Assembly: GCA_022072255.1 (NCBI GenBank)
Contig: JAJVHZ010000011.1
Coordinates: 39,540 to 103,539, forward strand
Direction: 5' to 3'
DNA: 64,000 nucleotides
Source of the DNA: Gammaproteobacteria bacterium
GTDB taxonomy: Bacteria; Pseudomonadota; Gammaproteobacteria; JAJPIJ01
The position numbers were made by a program, and so were the translations under genes. Of the stretch, positions 49,932 to 62,664 are shown piece after piece (within the stretch, counting starts at the first letter, position 1; every line of letters starts with the position of its first letter). Under the pieces are notes generated by a model. It was not told the DNA's origin. It ran no database searches and worked only from the letters and a program-made list of their open reading frames with translations.

Positions 49932-50084
49932 ATGCGCCCCGGCACCTTCCTCCGCACCCTCCTGCTCGGTCTGGCCGCCGCTGGCCTGATGCTGCTCGCC
50001 GCCTGTGGCCAGAAGGGGGACCTCTACCTGCCGGAGCGGACCTCCGCCATTTCGCAGGCCGGTTCGTCGACGGCGCGGGGCTGA
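49932..50084 (+). CDS. lptM: LptM (YifL) small lipoprotein
   Basis: MRPGTFLRTLLLGLAAAGLMLLAACGQKGDLYLP has a lipobox followed by the GxKGxLYLP motif. Lies immediately upstream of lysA. Confidence 0.65.
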   Translation: MRPGTFLRTLLLGLAAAGLMLLAACGQKGDLYLPERTSAISQAGSSTARG

Positions 50085-50088
50085 GCCA

Positions 50089-51351
50089 ATGCAGGCTTTC
50101 GCATACCGCGACGGGGTGCTGCACGCGGAGGGGGTGCCGTTGACCGATATCGCCGAGCGCCACGGCACACCGACTTACGTATACTCGCGCGCCGCCATCG
50201 AAGCGCGCTGGCGGGCCTTCGATCGCGGATTCGCCCGCCTTCCGCACCTCATCTGTTACGCCGTCAAGGCCAATTCGAACCTTGCCATCCTCGGCGTACT
50301 CGCGCGCCTCGGTTCCGGATTCGACATCGTTTCGGTGGGCGAGCTGGAGCGCGTCCTGCGTGCCGGCGGCGATCCGGGCAAGGTGGTTTTCGCCGGCGTG
50401 GGCAAGCGCGAGGACGAGATTGCGCGTGCGCTCGAGGTCGGCATCCGCTGTTTCAACGTCGAGCTCGTACCGGAGCTCGAGCGCATCCACGATGTCGCGC
50501 GGCGGATGGGCGCGTGTGCACCGGTGGCGATGCGTGTCAATCCGGATGTCGACGCGCGCACTCACCCCTATATCGCCACGGGAATGAAGCAGAACAAGTT
50601 CGGGATCCCTGGCGACGAGGCGCTTTCGGTTTATGAATATGCCGCACGGCTGCCGCATCTGAAAGTGGTCGGCATCGGTTGCCACATCGGCTCCCAGCTT
50701 ACAGCGGTCGAACCGTTCGACGACGCCGTGGCGAAGGTGCTCGGCCTCGTGCACCAGCTGCGGGCGCGGGGCGTGACGATCGAACATATCGACATCGGTG
50801 GCGGCCTGGGCATCCAGTATCGCGACGAGCAGCCGCCCGCGGTCGATGCGTACGCCGAGGTCATCTGCCGGCGCCTCGTCGGGCAGGTGAAGGAGGTGCT
50901 GATGGAGCCCGGAAGGGCGATCGTCGGCAACGCCGGCATCCTCCTGACGCGGGTAGAGTACGTGAAGCAGACCCCGGAGAAGCGTTTCGTCATCGTCGAT
51001 GCGGCGATGAACGACTTGATCCGCCCGGCGCTGTATGAGGCATGGCACGAGATACTGCGCGTGGGGCGCGAGTCGGACGCGGCCGCCGTCGAGTGTGATG
51101 TGGTGGGACCGGTCTGCGAGACGGGGGACTTCCTGGCGCGCGATCGCGCCGTCGCCGCCGCACAGGGCGACCTTCTGGCCGTGATGTCCGCGGGCGCTTA
51201 TGGTTTTTCGATGAGTTCGAACTACAATGCCCGCCCCCGCGCGGCAGAAATCATGGTCGACGGGGTGCAGGCGTATCTGGTGCGCGCACGCGAGACGGTG
51301 GGTCAGCTTCTTGCCGGCGAGACTACGCTTGGGGCGGAGTCCGCACCATAA
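50089..51351 (+). CDS. lysA: Diaminopimelate decarboxylase
   Basis: PLP-site region YAVKAN and EPGR(A/S)IV motif. 420 aa. Confidence 0.9.
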   Translation: MQAFAYRDGVLHAEGVPLTDIAERHGTPTYVYSRAAIEARWRAFDRGFARLPHLICYAVKANSNLAILGVLARLGSGFDIVSVGELERVLRAGGDPGKVVFAGVGKREDEIARALEVGIRCFNVELVPELERIHDVARRMGACAPVAMRVNPDVDARTHPYIATGMKQNKFGIPGDEALSVYEYAARLPHLKVVGIGCHIGSQLTAVEPFDDAVAKVLGLVHQLRARGVTIEHIDIGGGLGIQYRDEQPPAVDAYAEVICRRLVGQVKEVLMEPGRAIVGNAGILLTRVEYVKQTPEKRFVIVDAAMNDLIRPALYEAWHEILRVGRESDAAAVECDVVGPVCETGDFLARDRAVAAAQGDLLAVMSAGAYGFSMSSNYNARPRAAEIMVDGVQAYLVRARETVGQLLAGETTLGAESAP

Positions 51352-51371
51352 TGGTGCGCCATCCAGCACAT

Positions 51372-51389
51372 GCGCACGATTCGAGTGCG
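51372..51389 (+). promoter_or_regulatory. Candidate NtrC enhancer half-site palindrome GCAC-N7-GTGC upstream of the glnA sigma-54 promoter
   Basis: tGCGCACgattcgaGTGCGtc has the same arm spacing as the NtrC consensus TGCACCAnnnTGGTGCA. Centre lies about 70 bp upstream of the -24 element. Confidence 0.35.
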
Positions 51390-51440
51390 TCGCGACGACG
51401 TTACTGTTTTTTGGTCCTTTGTTTTTACAGCGGAAATTGG

Positions 51441-51456
51441 TGGCACATTTTCTGCT
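51441..51456 (+). promoter_or_regulatory. Sigma-54 (-24/-12) promoter, glnAp2-like
   Basis: TGGCACATTTTCTGCT: GG and GC have the exact consensus spacing (TGGCACG-N4-TTGCW). Sits about 110 nt upstream of the glnA ATG. Confidence 0.6.
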
Positions 51457-51565
51457 GACTGGGCCCAGACCTCATGCCGTAAACGGGCGTCGTCGTCTTT
51501 AGCTCGAGTAGTCGCTGCGGTAGTCGAAATTGACCTGAACGCCAAAATCCCTTCCGGAGGAGAGT

Positions 51566-52978
51566 ATGTCTACACCCGACCAGATCCTAAAAATGATCAA
51601 GGACAAGGAGATCAAGTTCGTCGATCTCCGCTTCACCGACACGCGTGGCAAGGAGCAGCATGTCTCCGTTCCCTGCAGTCATTTCGATGCCGACAAGTTC
51701 GAGAGCGGCCATGCGTTCGATGGATCTTCGATCGCGGGCTGGAAGGGCATACAGGCCTCTGACATGCTGCTGATTCCCGATCCGATGACGGCGCGCCTGG
51801 ATCCCTTCACTGAAGAGCCGGTGCTGAACATCACCTGTGACGTGGTGGATCCCGCCGACGGCAAGGGTTATGACCGCGACCCGCGCAGCATCGCCAAGCG
51901 CGCCGAGGCCTACCTGAAATCCAGCGGCCTTGGCGATACCGCCTACTTCGGTCCTGAACCGGAGTTCTTCGTTTTCGATGGGGTCACGTGGAGTGTCGAC
52001 ATGTCGGGCTGCTTCGTGAAGATCAAGTCCGAGGAGGCGCCCTGGTCCAGCGGGATAGAATACGAAGAGGGCAACATCGGCCACCGTGCGCCGGTAAAGG
52101 GCGGCTACTTCCCCGTGGCGCCACAGGACTCGCTGCAGGATATCCGCAACGCCATGTGCGTCGCGATGGAGAAGCAGGGCGTGGACGTGGAGGTGCACCA
52201 CCACGAGGTGGCTGCGCCGGGCCAGTGCGAGATTGGCACCCGGTTCGCGCCGCTGGTGCAGCGCGCCGACTGGCTGCAGATCCTCAAGTACACCGTGTGG
52301 AACGTCGCGCATGCCTACGGCAAGACCGCGACGTTCATGCCCAAGCCGGTCGTCGGTGACAACGGCTCCGGCATGCACGTGCACCAGTCGATCTGGAAGG
52401 GTGGCCAGAACCTGTTCGCGGGTGATGGCTATGCAGGTCTCTCCGAATTCGCGCTGTACTACATCGGCGGCGTCATCAGGCACGCGCGTGCCCTGAACGC
52501 CATCACCAACCCGGGCACGAACAGCTACAAGCGCCTGGTCCCGGGCTTCGAGGCGCCGATCAACCTGGCCTACTCGGCACGCAACCGGTCGGCGTCCTGC
52601 CGTATCCCGTTCGTTTCCAGCCCCAAGGGCCGCCGCGTGGAGGTACGCTTCCCCGATCCGATCGCCAACCCGTATCTGGCCTTCGCGGCACTGATGATGG
52701 CCGGGCTGGACGGCGTGCAGAACAAGATCCACCCGGGCGATCCGATCGACAAGAATCTCTACGATCTGCCGCCGGAGGAGGCGAAGAAGGTGCCGACCGT
52801 ATGCCATTCGCTCGACCAGGCGCTGGGCGAACTCGACAAGGATCGCGCCTTCCTGACCAAGGGTGGCGTGTTCTCCGACGACGTGATCGATGCATACATC
52901 GAGCTGAAGATGGAGGAGGTCACGCGCTTCCGTATGACCACCCACCCGCTGGAGTTCGAGATGTATTATTCCGGCTAG
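51566..52978 (+). CDS. glnA: Glutamine synthetase type I
   Basis: 470 aa beginning [33 protein letters not shown] Tyr adenylylation-site region NLYDLP is present. GGAGGAG ribosome-binding site. Confidence 0.97.
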   Translation: MSTPDQILKMIKDKEIKFVDLRFTDTRGKEQHVSVPCSHFDADKFESGHAFDGSSIAGWKGIQASDMLLIPDPMTARLDPFTEEPVLNITCDVVDPADGKGYDRDPRSIAKRAEAYLKSSGLGDTAYFGPEPEFFVFDGVTWSVDMSGCFVKIKSEEAPWSSGIEYEEGNIGHRAPVKGGYFPVAPQDSLQDIRNAMCVAMEKQGVDVEVHHHEVAAPGQCEIGTRFAPLVQRADWLQILKYTVWNVAHAYGKTATFMPKPVVGDNGSGMHVHQSIWKGGQNLFAGDGYAGLSEFALYYIGGVIRHARALNAITNPGTNSYKRLVPGFEAPINLAYSARNRSASCRIPFVSSPKGRRVEVRFPDPIANPYLAFAALMMAGLDGVQNKIHPGDPIDKNLYDLPPEEAKKVPTVCHSLDQALGELDKDRAFLTKGGVFSDDVIDAYIELKMEEVTRFRMTTHPLEFEMYYSG

Positions 52979-53007
52979 GGCGCCTGGCCGCCGAATTGGC
53001 CGTGAAC

Positions 53008-53033
53008 AGCCCCCGAACGGGGGCTTTTCTTTC
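53008..53033 (+). terminator. Rho-independent terminator of glnA
   Basis: GC stem AGCCCCCG-aac-GGGGGCT followed by TTTCTTTC, 30 nt after the glnA stop. Confidence 0.8.
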
Positions 53034-53077
53034 GGGTCCAACTTGTTGGGCTTCGCACGGTTGGCTATTCTGCTCCA

Positions 53078-53665
53078 ATGCGCAAATCGATCATTGCGGT
53101 GCTGCTGACGCTCTCCACCTTCGCGGCCGGGGCCGTGGAGCTGTACAAGTGGGTCGACAAGGACGGCGTCCACTACTCCGACCAGCCGGCGCCCGGGGCG
53201 GAGAAGATAGAAGTCCACGGGGTACCCAATGTCGGGGCGACGCCTGTCCCGCCGCCAGCGGCGCCAGCGGCGCCGGCGGCGGGGACGTTTGCCGGCTACG
53301 AGCAGTTCGCGGTGACCGAGCCGCCGGATAACGGCATCATTCGCGACAACAGCGGCGCTGGCGAGGTTTCCGTTACCGTCTCACTGACTCCGGCATTGCG
53401 CGAGGATCTGGGCCATACGGTGCGGGTAACGCTGGCCGGACAGACACAGGGCGGGGCCGCCACGCAGTTCAGCTTCACGGGCATCGACCGTGGCACCCAT
53501 ACCATTTCCGCCGCGGTTATCGACGGGGCCGGCAGCACGCTGCAGACAACCACCGCGACGTTTACATTGCAACGGACCTCGATCCTTCAGAAGAAGCCCA
53601 GTCCCACGCCTGCTCCAGGCCCCGCCCCATCGCCATCCCCGGCCCCGAAGCCCTCCACCCCCTAG
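53078..53665 (+). CDS. DUF4124 domain-containing secreted protein with Pro/Ala-rich linkers
   Basis: Signal peptide, ELYKWVDKDGVHYSD DUF4124 motif and a P/S/T/A low-complexity tail. Confidence 0.65.
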   Translation: MRKSIIAVLLTLSTFAAGAVELYKWVDKDGVHYSDQPAPGAEKIEVHGVPNVGATPVPPPAAPAAPAAGTFAGYEQFAVTEPPDNGIIRDNSGAGEVSVTVSLTPALREDLGHTVRVTLAGQTQGGAATQFSFTGIDRGTHTISAAVIDGAGSTLQTTTATFTLQRTSILQKKPSPTPAPGPAPSPSPAPKPSTP

Positions 53666-53848
53666 TCCCGCAGCCCTCCCCTGACCCGCCTTTTCCCGGT
53701 GCAGGCGATGTCCGGGACCTGCCGGGTTTGATGGTCTGATTATTGCTGATTGGCTTGATGCGCGACGCCAGGCGCGCCTGGCATCCAGATCAACACATTG
53801 TTTTTATTGATTCATTGGCGCGGACCCGATCGGAACATCGAGTATGCC

Positions 53849-53864
53849 ACCTCCCGGCGCACTA
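53849..53864 (+). promoter_or_regulatory. NtrC-binding site (GCACTACAATGGTGCA) upstream of ntrB
   Basis: 14 of 17 match to TGCACCAnnnTGGTGCA with correct half-site spacing. Lies 37 to 52 nt upstream of the proposed GTG start, where glnLp-like autorepression would act. Confidence 0.55.
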
Positions 53865-53900
53865 CAATGGTGCAATAAGGAAAATTCGCGGGAGATCTCG

Positions 53901-54945
53901 GTGCGAGATTTCAGTGCATTGCTGGATTCCCTGTCCACCGGAGTACTGCTGTTCGATGCGGAATTGCGGGTCATCTATATGAACTCGGCGGCCGAGGCGC
54001 TGCTCTCGGTGAGCGCGCGCAAGGTGCTCGGCATGGCGGTGCAAGGCCTGCTGCCGGAGGTGCCGTTGCAGCTCAGCGACGGGCTGAACCGGGCGTTGCG
54101 GACGGGGCAGCCCTTGGCGGAGCGCGAGGTCACCCTGCACGGCCCGAACGCCGAGCCGCTGACGATCGACTGCATCATCACGCCCACTGGTGAAGAGATT
54201 TCCGGCGCCGCGGTCCTGCTCGAACTCGTGAACGTCGATCGACTGCACCAGATCGCGCGCGAGGAGAACATGACGACCCAGCAGAATATGACCGGTGCGC
54301 TGCTCCGCGGGATGGCGCACGAGGTCAAGAATCCGCTCGGCGGCATACGCGGCGCAGCGCAGCTGCTGGAGCGCGAGCTGTCCACGGAGGATGAACGCGA
54401 GTACACACGCATCATCATCGGTGAGTGCGACCGGCTGAGAAAACTCATCGACCGCATCCTGCTGCCGGATCGTGCTCAGCACATGCAGGTCCTGAATCTG
54501 CATGAGGTCCTCGAGCACGTGCGCAGCCTGGTGCAGGCGGAGGCCACGGGCATCACCGTCACCCGCGACTACGACCCCAGCGTGCCGGACCTGTTCGCCG
54601 ATCGCGACCAGCTCATCCAGGCCGTGCTCAACGTCGTGCGCAACGCGGTCTATGCCGTCCGGGACGGTGGCGGCATCGTCCTGCGCACCCGCGTGGAGCG
54701 GCAGTTCACCATCGGAGGCAGACGCCATCGGCTGGTCGCCCGCGTCGATATCACCGACAGCGGTCCGGGCATCCAGCCCGAGATCGCCGATCGGATCTTC
54801 TATCCCATGGTCTCGGGGCGGCCCGATGGAGCCGGCCTGGGCCTTTCCATCACGCGGACGCTGATCCAGCGTCAGGGGGGCATGATTGCATTCGAGAGTC
54901 GGCCAGGAAAGACAACCTTCAGCATCTGGCTACCAGCGGGGAATC

Positions 54946-54959
<14 letters not shown>
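53901..54959 (+). CDS. ntrB: Nitrogen regulation sensor histidine kinase NtrB (GlnL)
   Basis: PAS region LLDSLSTGVLLFD, H-box HEVKNPLGGIRGAAQLL and an ATPase N/G boxes. GTG start with GGGAGA 5 nt upstream is preferred over the track ATG at 53844, which would place the NtrC site inside the ORF. Confidence 0.8.
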
Positions 54960-56343
<1,384 letters not shown>

Positions 56344-56378
56344 ACGGCGGAGCCTTCAGGCGGCGCCGCGGCAGTCGG

Positions 56379-57416
<1,038 letters not shown>

Positions 57417-57688
57417 TTATAGCGCGCAACCGCTCCAAGGCCGCCCCGGCCGTGCCGGCCAACAGGCTGGTGGTTTCCGCAGGGTCGAGGCCGGCGATGA
57501 TCGGGCCCGAGATCGAGTCTGCCCGCGGTGCGCGGCCAGGATGCCGCATCGGCCCGTGCCGGTCTCGAATTCATCATTGTCATGCATATTTTTTTATCGC
57601 ATGCGCTCTGCTATTTTTGCCAATCTCAATGCCGCCAATGCGGCTATATATGCTTGAGCTTGCATAACATCCGCAGGAATATGCCCAC

Positions 57689-58198
57689 TTGACGACGACT
57701 ACGCCAACCACCACGAGCGCCACGGCGCACGACGACCTTGCGGCGAGCATGCGACAGATCGTCGACGCACACCGCTCCCAGCCGGGCGCCCTACTGCCGG
57801 TTCTGCATGCGTTGCAGGACGCACTCGGCTACCTGCCCCCCTCGGCCGTACCGATTGTTGCCGAGGCGTTGAACCTGTCGCGCGCCGAGGTTCACGGTGT
57901 CCTCACCTTCTACCACCATTTCCGCACGACGCCGCCGGGGCGGCATACGGTGCGGATCTGCCGCGCCGAGGCCTGCCAGTCCATGGGCTCCGCTGCGCTG
58001 GAGCAGCATGCAAGGCGACGCCTCGGCATCGGGTTTCACGACACGACGCCGGACGGCGCCCTGTCGCTGGAGCCCGTCTACTGTCTCGGTAACTGTGCCT
58101 GCTCGCCGGCCGTGATGGTCGACGGCGATCTCTATGGACGCGTCACTGCGGCCCGCCTGGACGCGCTGCTGTCCGCTATCGCGGTGGACACGAAATGA
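57689..58198 (+). CDS. fdsG: NAD-dependent formate dehydrogenase gamma subunit (NuoE-like 2Fe-2S)
   Basis: Thioredoxin-like [2Fe-2S] motifs CRAEACQS...CLGNCACSP. First gene of an fdsGBACD-type operon. Confidence 0.8.
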   Translation: MTTTTPTTTSATAHDDLAASMRQIVDAHRSQPGALLPVLHALQDALGYLPPSAVPIVAEALNLSRAEVHGVLTFYHHFRTTPPGRHTVRICRAEACQSMGSAALEQHARRRLGIGFHDTTPDGALSLEPVYCLGNCACSPAVMVDGDLYGRVTAARLDALLSAIAVDTK

Positions 58199-59745
58199 AG
58201 GTCGATGTCTTCGTCCCGCGCGATGCGGCGGCGCTCTCGCTCGGCGCGGAGGCCGTTGCGCTCGCTGTGAGCACCGAGGCGGCTCGGCGTGGCCTCGATG
58301 TCCGCCTCGTGCGATCCGGGTCTCGCGGCCTGTTCTGGCTGGAGCCCCTGGTCGAGGTGGCCACGCCGGCCGGCCGCATCGCCTATGGTCCGGTAAGCGC
58401 CGACGATGTCGCCAGCCTGTTCGACGCGGGCTTCCTGGCGGGAGGCGGGCATGCTCTGAAGCAGGGCCTGACGGAAGAAATTCCTTACCTGAAAAGACAG
58501 GAACGGCTGACATTCGCTCGCGTCGGCATCACGGATCCCATCTCGCTTGAAGATTACCTGGCGCACGGCGGCTATCGCGGCCTGCGCAACGCGCTGGACA
58601 TGACCGGCGCGGCGATCGTGCAGGCCGTGACCGATTCCGGCTTGCGCGGCCGCGGTGGCGCGGCCTTTCCCACGGGGATCAAATGGAACACCGTGCTGGG
58701 CGTGCCGGCCGATCGGAAATACGTGGTCTGCAACGCCGATGAGGGCGATTCCGGCACCTTCGCCGATCGGATGATCATGGAAGGCGATCCCTTCGTCCTG
58801 ATTGAAGGGATGACGATTGCCGGCATCGCCGTCGGCGCCACGCAGGGGTACGTCTACGTGCGTTCGGAATATCCGCACGCCATCGCGACGCTCAATCAGG
58901 CCATCGCGCTGGCCTATATGCATGGGTACCTGGGCGAGAGCGTCCTCCGCAGCGGCAAGACCTTCCAGCTGGAGGTGCGCAAGGCTGCGGGCGCATACGT
59001 CTGCGGCGAGGAGACGGCGATGCTGGAGAGCATCGAGGGCAAGCGGGGAATGGTGCGTTTCAAGCCGCCCTTGCCGGCGATCGCGGGCCTCTTCGGCAAG
59101 CCGACCCTCATCAACAACGTGCTGTCGCTCGCCGCAGTTCCCATCATCCTCGACAAGGGGGCAGCGTTCTACAGGGAATACGGGATGGGTCGTTCACGCG
59201 GCACGCTGCCGATACAACTCGCCGGCAACATCCGGCACGGCGGGCTCATCGAAACGGCATTCGGCATCACGCTGCATGAGGTGCTGTACGATTTCGGAGG
59301 AGGCGCGGCCAGCGGACGGCCAATCCGCGCAGTGCAGGTCGGTGGACCGCTCGGCGCCTACCTGCCCGAGTCCCAGTTCGACACGCCGATTGACTACGAG
59401 GCATTTGCCGCCAACTGGGCGGTGTTGGGCCACGGCGGCGTGGTGGTTTTCGATGACACCGTCGACATGGCGGCGATGGCCCGTTTCGCGATGGAGTTCT
59501 GCGCCATCGAGTCCTGCGGCAAGTGCACCCCGTGCCGTATCGGTTCCACGCGCGGTACCGAGGTCATCGATCGTATCGTGGCGCGCATCGACCACGGCAA
59601 GAACGTGAAGCTGTTGCGCGATCTCTGCGACACGATGCTGAACGGTTCGCTCTGCGCCCTGGGCGGCATGACGCCCTATCCCGTGTTGAGCGCTCTCAAT
59701 CATTTCCCTGAAGACTTTGGTGCCGAAGGGGCAAAAGTCGCCTGA
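58195..59745 (+). CDS. fdsB: NAD-dependent formate dehydrogenase beta subunit (NuoF-like; NAD/FMN/4Fe-4S)
   Basis: [17 protein letters not shown] motif and CGKCTPCR 4Fe-4S motif. Start overlaps the fdsG stop. Confidence 0.85.
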   Translation: MKVDVFVPRDAAALSLGAEAVALAVSTEAARRGLDVRLVRSGSRGLFWLEPLVEVATPAGRIAYGPVSADDVASLFDAGFLAGGGHALKQGLTEEIPYLKRQERLTFARVGITDPISLEDYLAHGGYRGLRNALDMTGAAIVQAVTDSGLRGRGGAAFPTGIKWNTVLGVPADRKYVVCNADEGDSGTFADRMIMEGDPFVLIEGMTIAGIAVGATQGYVYVRSEYPHAIATLNQAIALAYMHGYLGESVLRSGKTFQLEVRKAAGAYVCGEETAMLESIEGKRGMVRFKPPLPAIAGLFGKPTLINNVLSLAAVPIILDKGAAFYREYGMGRSRGTLPIQLAGNIRHGGLIETAFGITLHEVLYDFGGGAASGRPIRAVQVGGPLGAYLPESQFDTPIDYEAFAANWAVLGHGGVVVFDDTVDMAAMARFAMEFCAIESCGKCTPCRIGSTRGTEVIDRIVARIDHGKNVKLLRDLCDTMLNGSLCALGGMTPYPVLSALNHFPEDFGAEGAKVA

Positions 59746-59778
59746 CGTTCCACGCTCCAGGATCAGAGGGTCACATCC

Positions 59779-62664
59779 ATGCAATCCATCAGCGATAAGG
59801 ATCTCGGTACACCGCCGTCGGAGTCGACGAAACAGGTCACGCTGGATATCGACGGATTCAGGGTCACGGTTCCGGAAGGCACCACGGTCATGCGTGCCGC
59901 CGCGACGATCGGCATCGGCGTGCCCAAACTCTGTGCCACCGACATGCTGGTACCGTTCGGATCCTGCCGACTTTGCCTTGTGGAGATCGAGGGTATGCGC
60001 GGCTACCCGGCCTCGTGCACGACGCCGGTTGCCGAAGGCATGAGAGTGACGACTCAGAACCAGAAGCTCGGCGACCTGCGTCGGGGGGTCATGGAGCTCT
60101 ACATTTCGGATCATCCGCTCGACTGCCTTACCTGTCCGGCCAACGGTCATTGCGATCTGCAGGACATGGCCGGCGTCGTCGGCCTGCGCGAAGTGCGATA
60201 CGGATACGACGGCGCCAATCACGTCTGCGCGCAGACCTGCGACGGAAAGGCGAATCCGATGTTTGCCGCCAAGGACGAGAGCAATCCGTATTTCACCTTC
60301 GATCCGAGCAGATGCATCGTCTGCTCCCGCTGCGTGCGCGCGTGCGACGACGTGCAAGGCACCTTCGCGCTGACGATCCAGGGCCGCGGCTTCGAGTCGA
60401 AGGTCTCCCCCAGCCAGAACCAGGACTTCCTGGACTCCGAGTGCGTCTCCTGCGGCGCCTGCGTGCAGGCCTGCCCGACCGCCGCGCTCAGCGAGAAGTC
60501 GCTCATCGCGATGGGGCAGGCCGACCACAGCATCGTCACGACCTGCGCGTACTGTGGAGTTGGCTGCTCGTTCAAGGCCGAAATGAAAGGCAGTGAGGTC
60601 GTTCGAATGGTGCCAAACAAGGACGGGCACGCCAACCATGGGCATTCCTGCGTCAAGGGCCGCTTCGCCTTCGGGTACGCCACGCACAAGGATCGCATCA
60701 CCACGCCGATGATCCGTGCCCGGATCACCGACCCATGGCGGGAGGTGTCGTGGGAGGAGGCGATCGGCCATGCCGCCGCCGAGTTCAAGCGCATACGGGG
60801 GACCTATGGACGCGGGTCGATCGGCGGAATCACCTCCTCGCGCTGCACCAACGAGGAGACATATCTCGTGCAAAAGCTCGTGCGCGCGGCATTCGGCAAC
60901 AACAATGTCGATACCTGCGCCCGCGTCTGCCATTCCCCGACCGGCTATGGCCTGAAGCAGACCCTCGGCGAGTCCGCCGGAACCCAGACCTTCGATTCGG
61001 TCATGAAGACGGACGTCATCATGGTCATCGGTGCCAATCCCACGGACGGGCACCCGGTATTCGCCTCGCGCATGAAGCAGCGCCTGCGCGAGGGCGCGAG
61101 GCTCATCGTCGTCGATCCGCGTACGATAGGACTCGTCAAGGCCCCGCATCTTGCCGCCGATTACCATCTGAAACTCAGGCCGGGCACCAACGTGGCGCTC
61201 GTCACGGCGATGGCGCACGTGATCGTGACCGAAGGCCTGTGCCGCGAGGATTTCATCGAGGCGCGCTGCGAGATCGACTCCTACCGCAAGTGGAAAACCT
61301 TCGTCGCCGAGCCCCGTCATTCGCCGGAGGCGACGGCATCCGTCACTGGAGTACCGGCGGAACTGGTGCGCGGCGCCGCGCGGCTGTTCGCCACTGGCGG
61401 CAACGCCGCCATTTATTACGGACTCGGGGTCACGGAACACAGCCAGGGTTCGACCATGGTGATCGGCATCGCCAATCTCGCGATGTGCACGGGCAACATC
61501 GGGCGCGACGGCGTCGGTGTGAACCCGCTGCGCGGCCAGAACAACGTCCAGGGCTCGTGCGACATGGGCTCGTTCCCGCACGAGTTTCCCGGCTACCGCC
61601 ACGTCTCCGACGAGTCCGTTCGCGCGCTGTTCGAGACGGCCTGGGGCACGACGCTCGAGGATGAGCCTGGCCTGCGCATACCCAACATGTTCGAGGCCGC
61701 GCTGGACGGCAGCTTCAAGGGGCTTTACATACAGGGCGAGGACATCGCCCAGTCCGATCCGGACACCCAGCACGTGCATGCCGCACTCAAGGCCATGGAT
61801 TGCGTCGTGGTGCAGGATCTGTTTCTCAACGAGACGGCGATGTTCGCGCACGTGTTCCTGCCCGGGTCGTCTTTCCTCGAGAAGAACGGAACGTTCACCA
61901 ACGCGGAGCGGCGCATCTCCCCGGTCCGACGCGTGATGCCGCCGCTCGCGGGCAAGGAGGACTGGGAGGTCACGGTGATGCTGTCCAATGCGCTCGGCTA
62001 TCCGATGAACTACGCGCACCCGTCGGAGATCATGGACGAGATCGCCGCGCTGACGCCCACCTTCGAGGGCGTGAGCTTCGCGAGGCTCGAGGAACTCGGC
62101 AGCATCCAGTGGCCGTGCGATGACAGCCATCCCCGGGGCACGCCGATCATGCACGTGGGCGAATTCGTTCGCGGCAAGGGCCGGTTCATGCTCAGCGAGT
62201 ACGTGCCCAGCCACGAACGCACCACCGGCCGCTTCCCGCTCGTCCTCACCACCGGCCGCATCCTCTCGCAGTACAACGTCGGCGCCCAGACCCGCCGCAC
62301 GCCGAATTCGCTGTGGCATTCCGAGGATCGCCTGGAGATCCACCCGCATGATGCGGAGGTGCGCGGCGTCCGCGACGGCGACTGGGTCGGGATCCAGAGC
62401 CGTGCAGGCGAGAGCGTCCTGCGTGCGACCATCACCGAGCGCGTACAGCCGGGTGTGGTCTATACCACCTTCCATTTCCCGGAATCCGGAGCCAACGTGA
62501 TCACCACCGACAACTCCGACTGGGCGACCAACTGTCCGGAATACAAGGTGACCGCGGTGCAGGTGACGAAGGTCTCCCAGCCTTCCGAATGGCAGCGCCG
62601 TCATCGCGCCTTCAGCGACCAGCAGAACCGGCTGCTCGAGGAGCGTCATGGCCTGCGCTCCTGA
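59779..62664 (+). CDS. fdsA: NAD-dependent formate dehydrogenase alpha subunit (molybdopterin, NuoG-like N-terminus)
   Basis: 961 aa. N-terminal 2Fe-2S and 4Fe-4S Cys clusters, then a MopB domain with the active-site Cys in the CAR(V)CHSP region (Cys-type, not Sec). Confidence 0.9.
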   Translation: MQSISDKDLGTPPSESTKQVTLDIDGFRVTVPEGTTVMRAAATIGIGVPKLCATDMLVPFGSCRLCLVEIEGMRGYPASCTTPVAEGMRVTTQNQKLGDLRRGVMELYISDHPLDCLTCPANGHCDLQDMAGVVGLREVRYGYDGANHVCAQTCDGKANPMFAAKDESNPYFTFDPSRCIVCSRCVRACDDVQGTFALTIQGRGFESKVSPSQNQDFLDSECVSCGACVQACPTAALSEKSLIAMGQADHSIVTTCAYCGVGCSFKAEMKGSEVVRMVPNKDGHANHGHSCVKGRFAFGYATHKDRITTPMIRARITDPWREVSWEEAIGHAAAEFKRIRGTYGRGSIGGITSSRCTNEETYLVQKLVRAAFGNNNVDTCARVCHSPTGYGLKQTLGESAGTQTFDSVMKTDVIMVIGANPTDGHPVFASRMKQRLREGARLIVVDPRTIGLVKAPHLAADYHLKLRPGTNVALVTAMAHVIVTEGLCREDFIEARCEIDSYRKWKTFVAEPRHSPEATASVTGVPAELVRGAARLFATGGNAAIYYGLGVTEHSQGSTMVIGIANLAMCTGNIGRDGVGVNPLRGQNNVQGSCDMGSFPHEFPGYRHVSDESVRALFETAWGTTLEDEPGLRIPNMFEAALDGSFKGLYIQGEDIAQSDPDTQHVHAALKAMDCVVVQDLFLNETAMFAHVFLPGSSFLEKNGTFTNAERRISPVRRVMPPLAGKEDWEVTVMLSNALGYPMNYAHPSEIMDEIAALTPTFEGVSFARLEELGSIQWPCDDSHPRGTPIMHVGEFVRGKGRFMLSEYVPSHERTTGRFPLVLTTGRILSQYNVGAQTRRTPNSLWHSEDRLEIHPHDAEVRGVRDGDWVGIQSRAGESVLRATITERVQPGVVYTTFHFPESGANVITTDNSDWATNCPEYKVTAVQVTKVSQPSEWQRRHRAFSDQQNRLLEERHGLRS

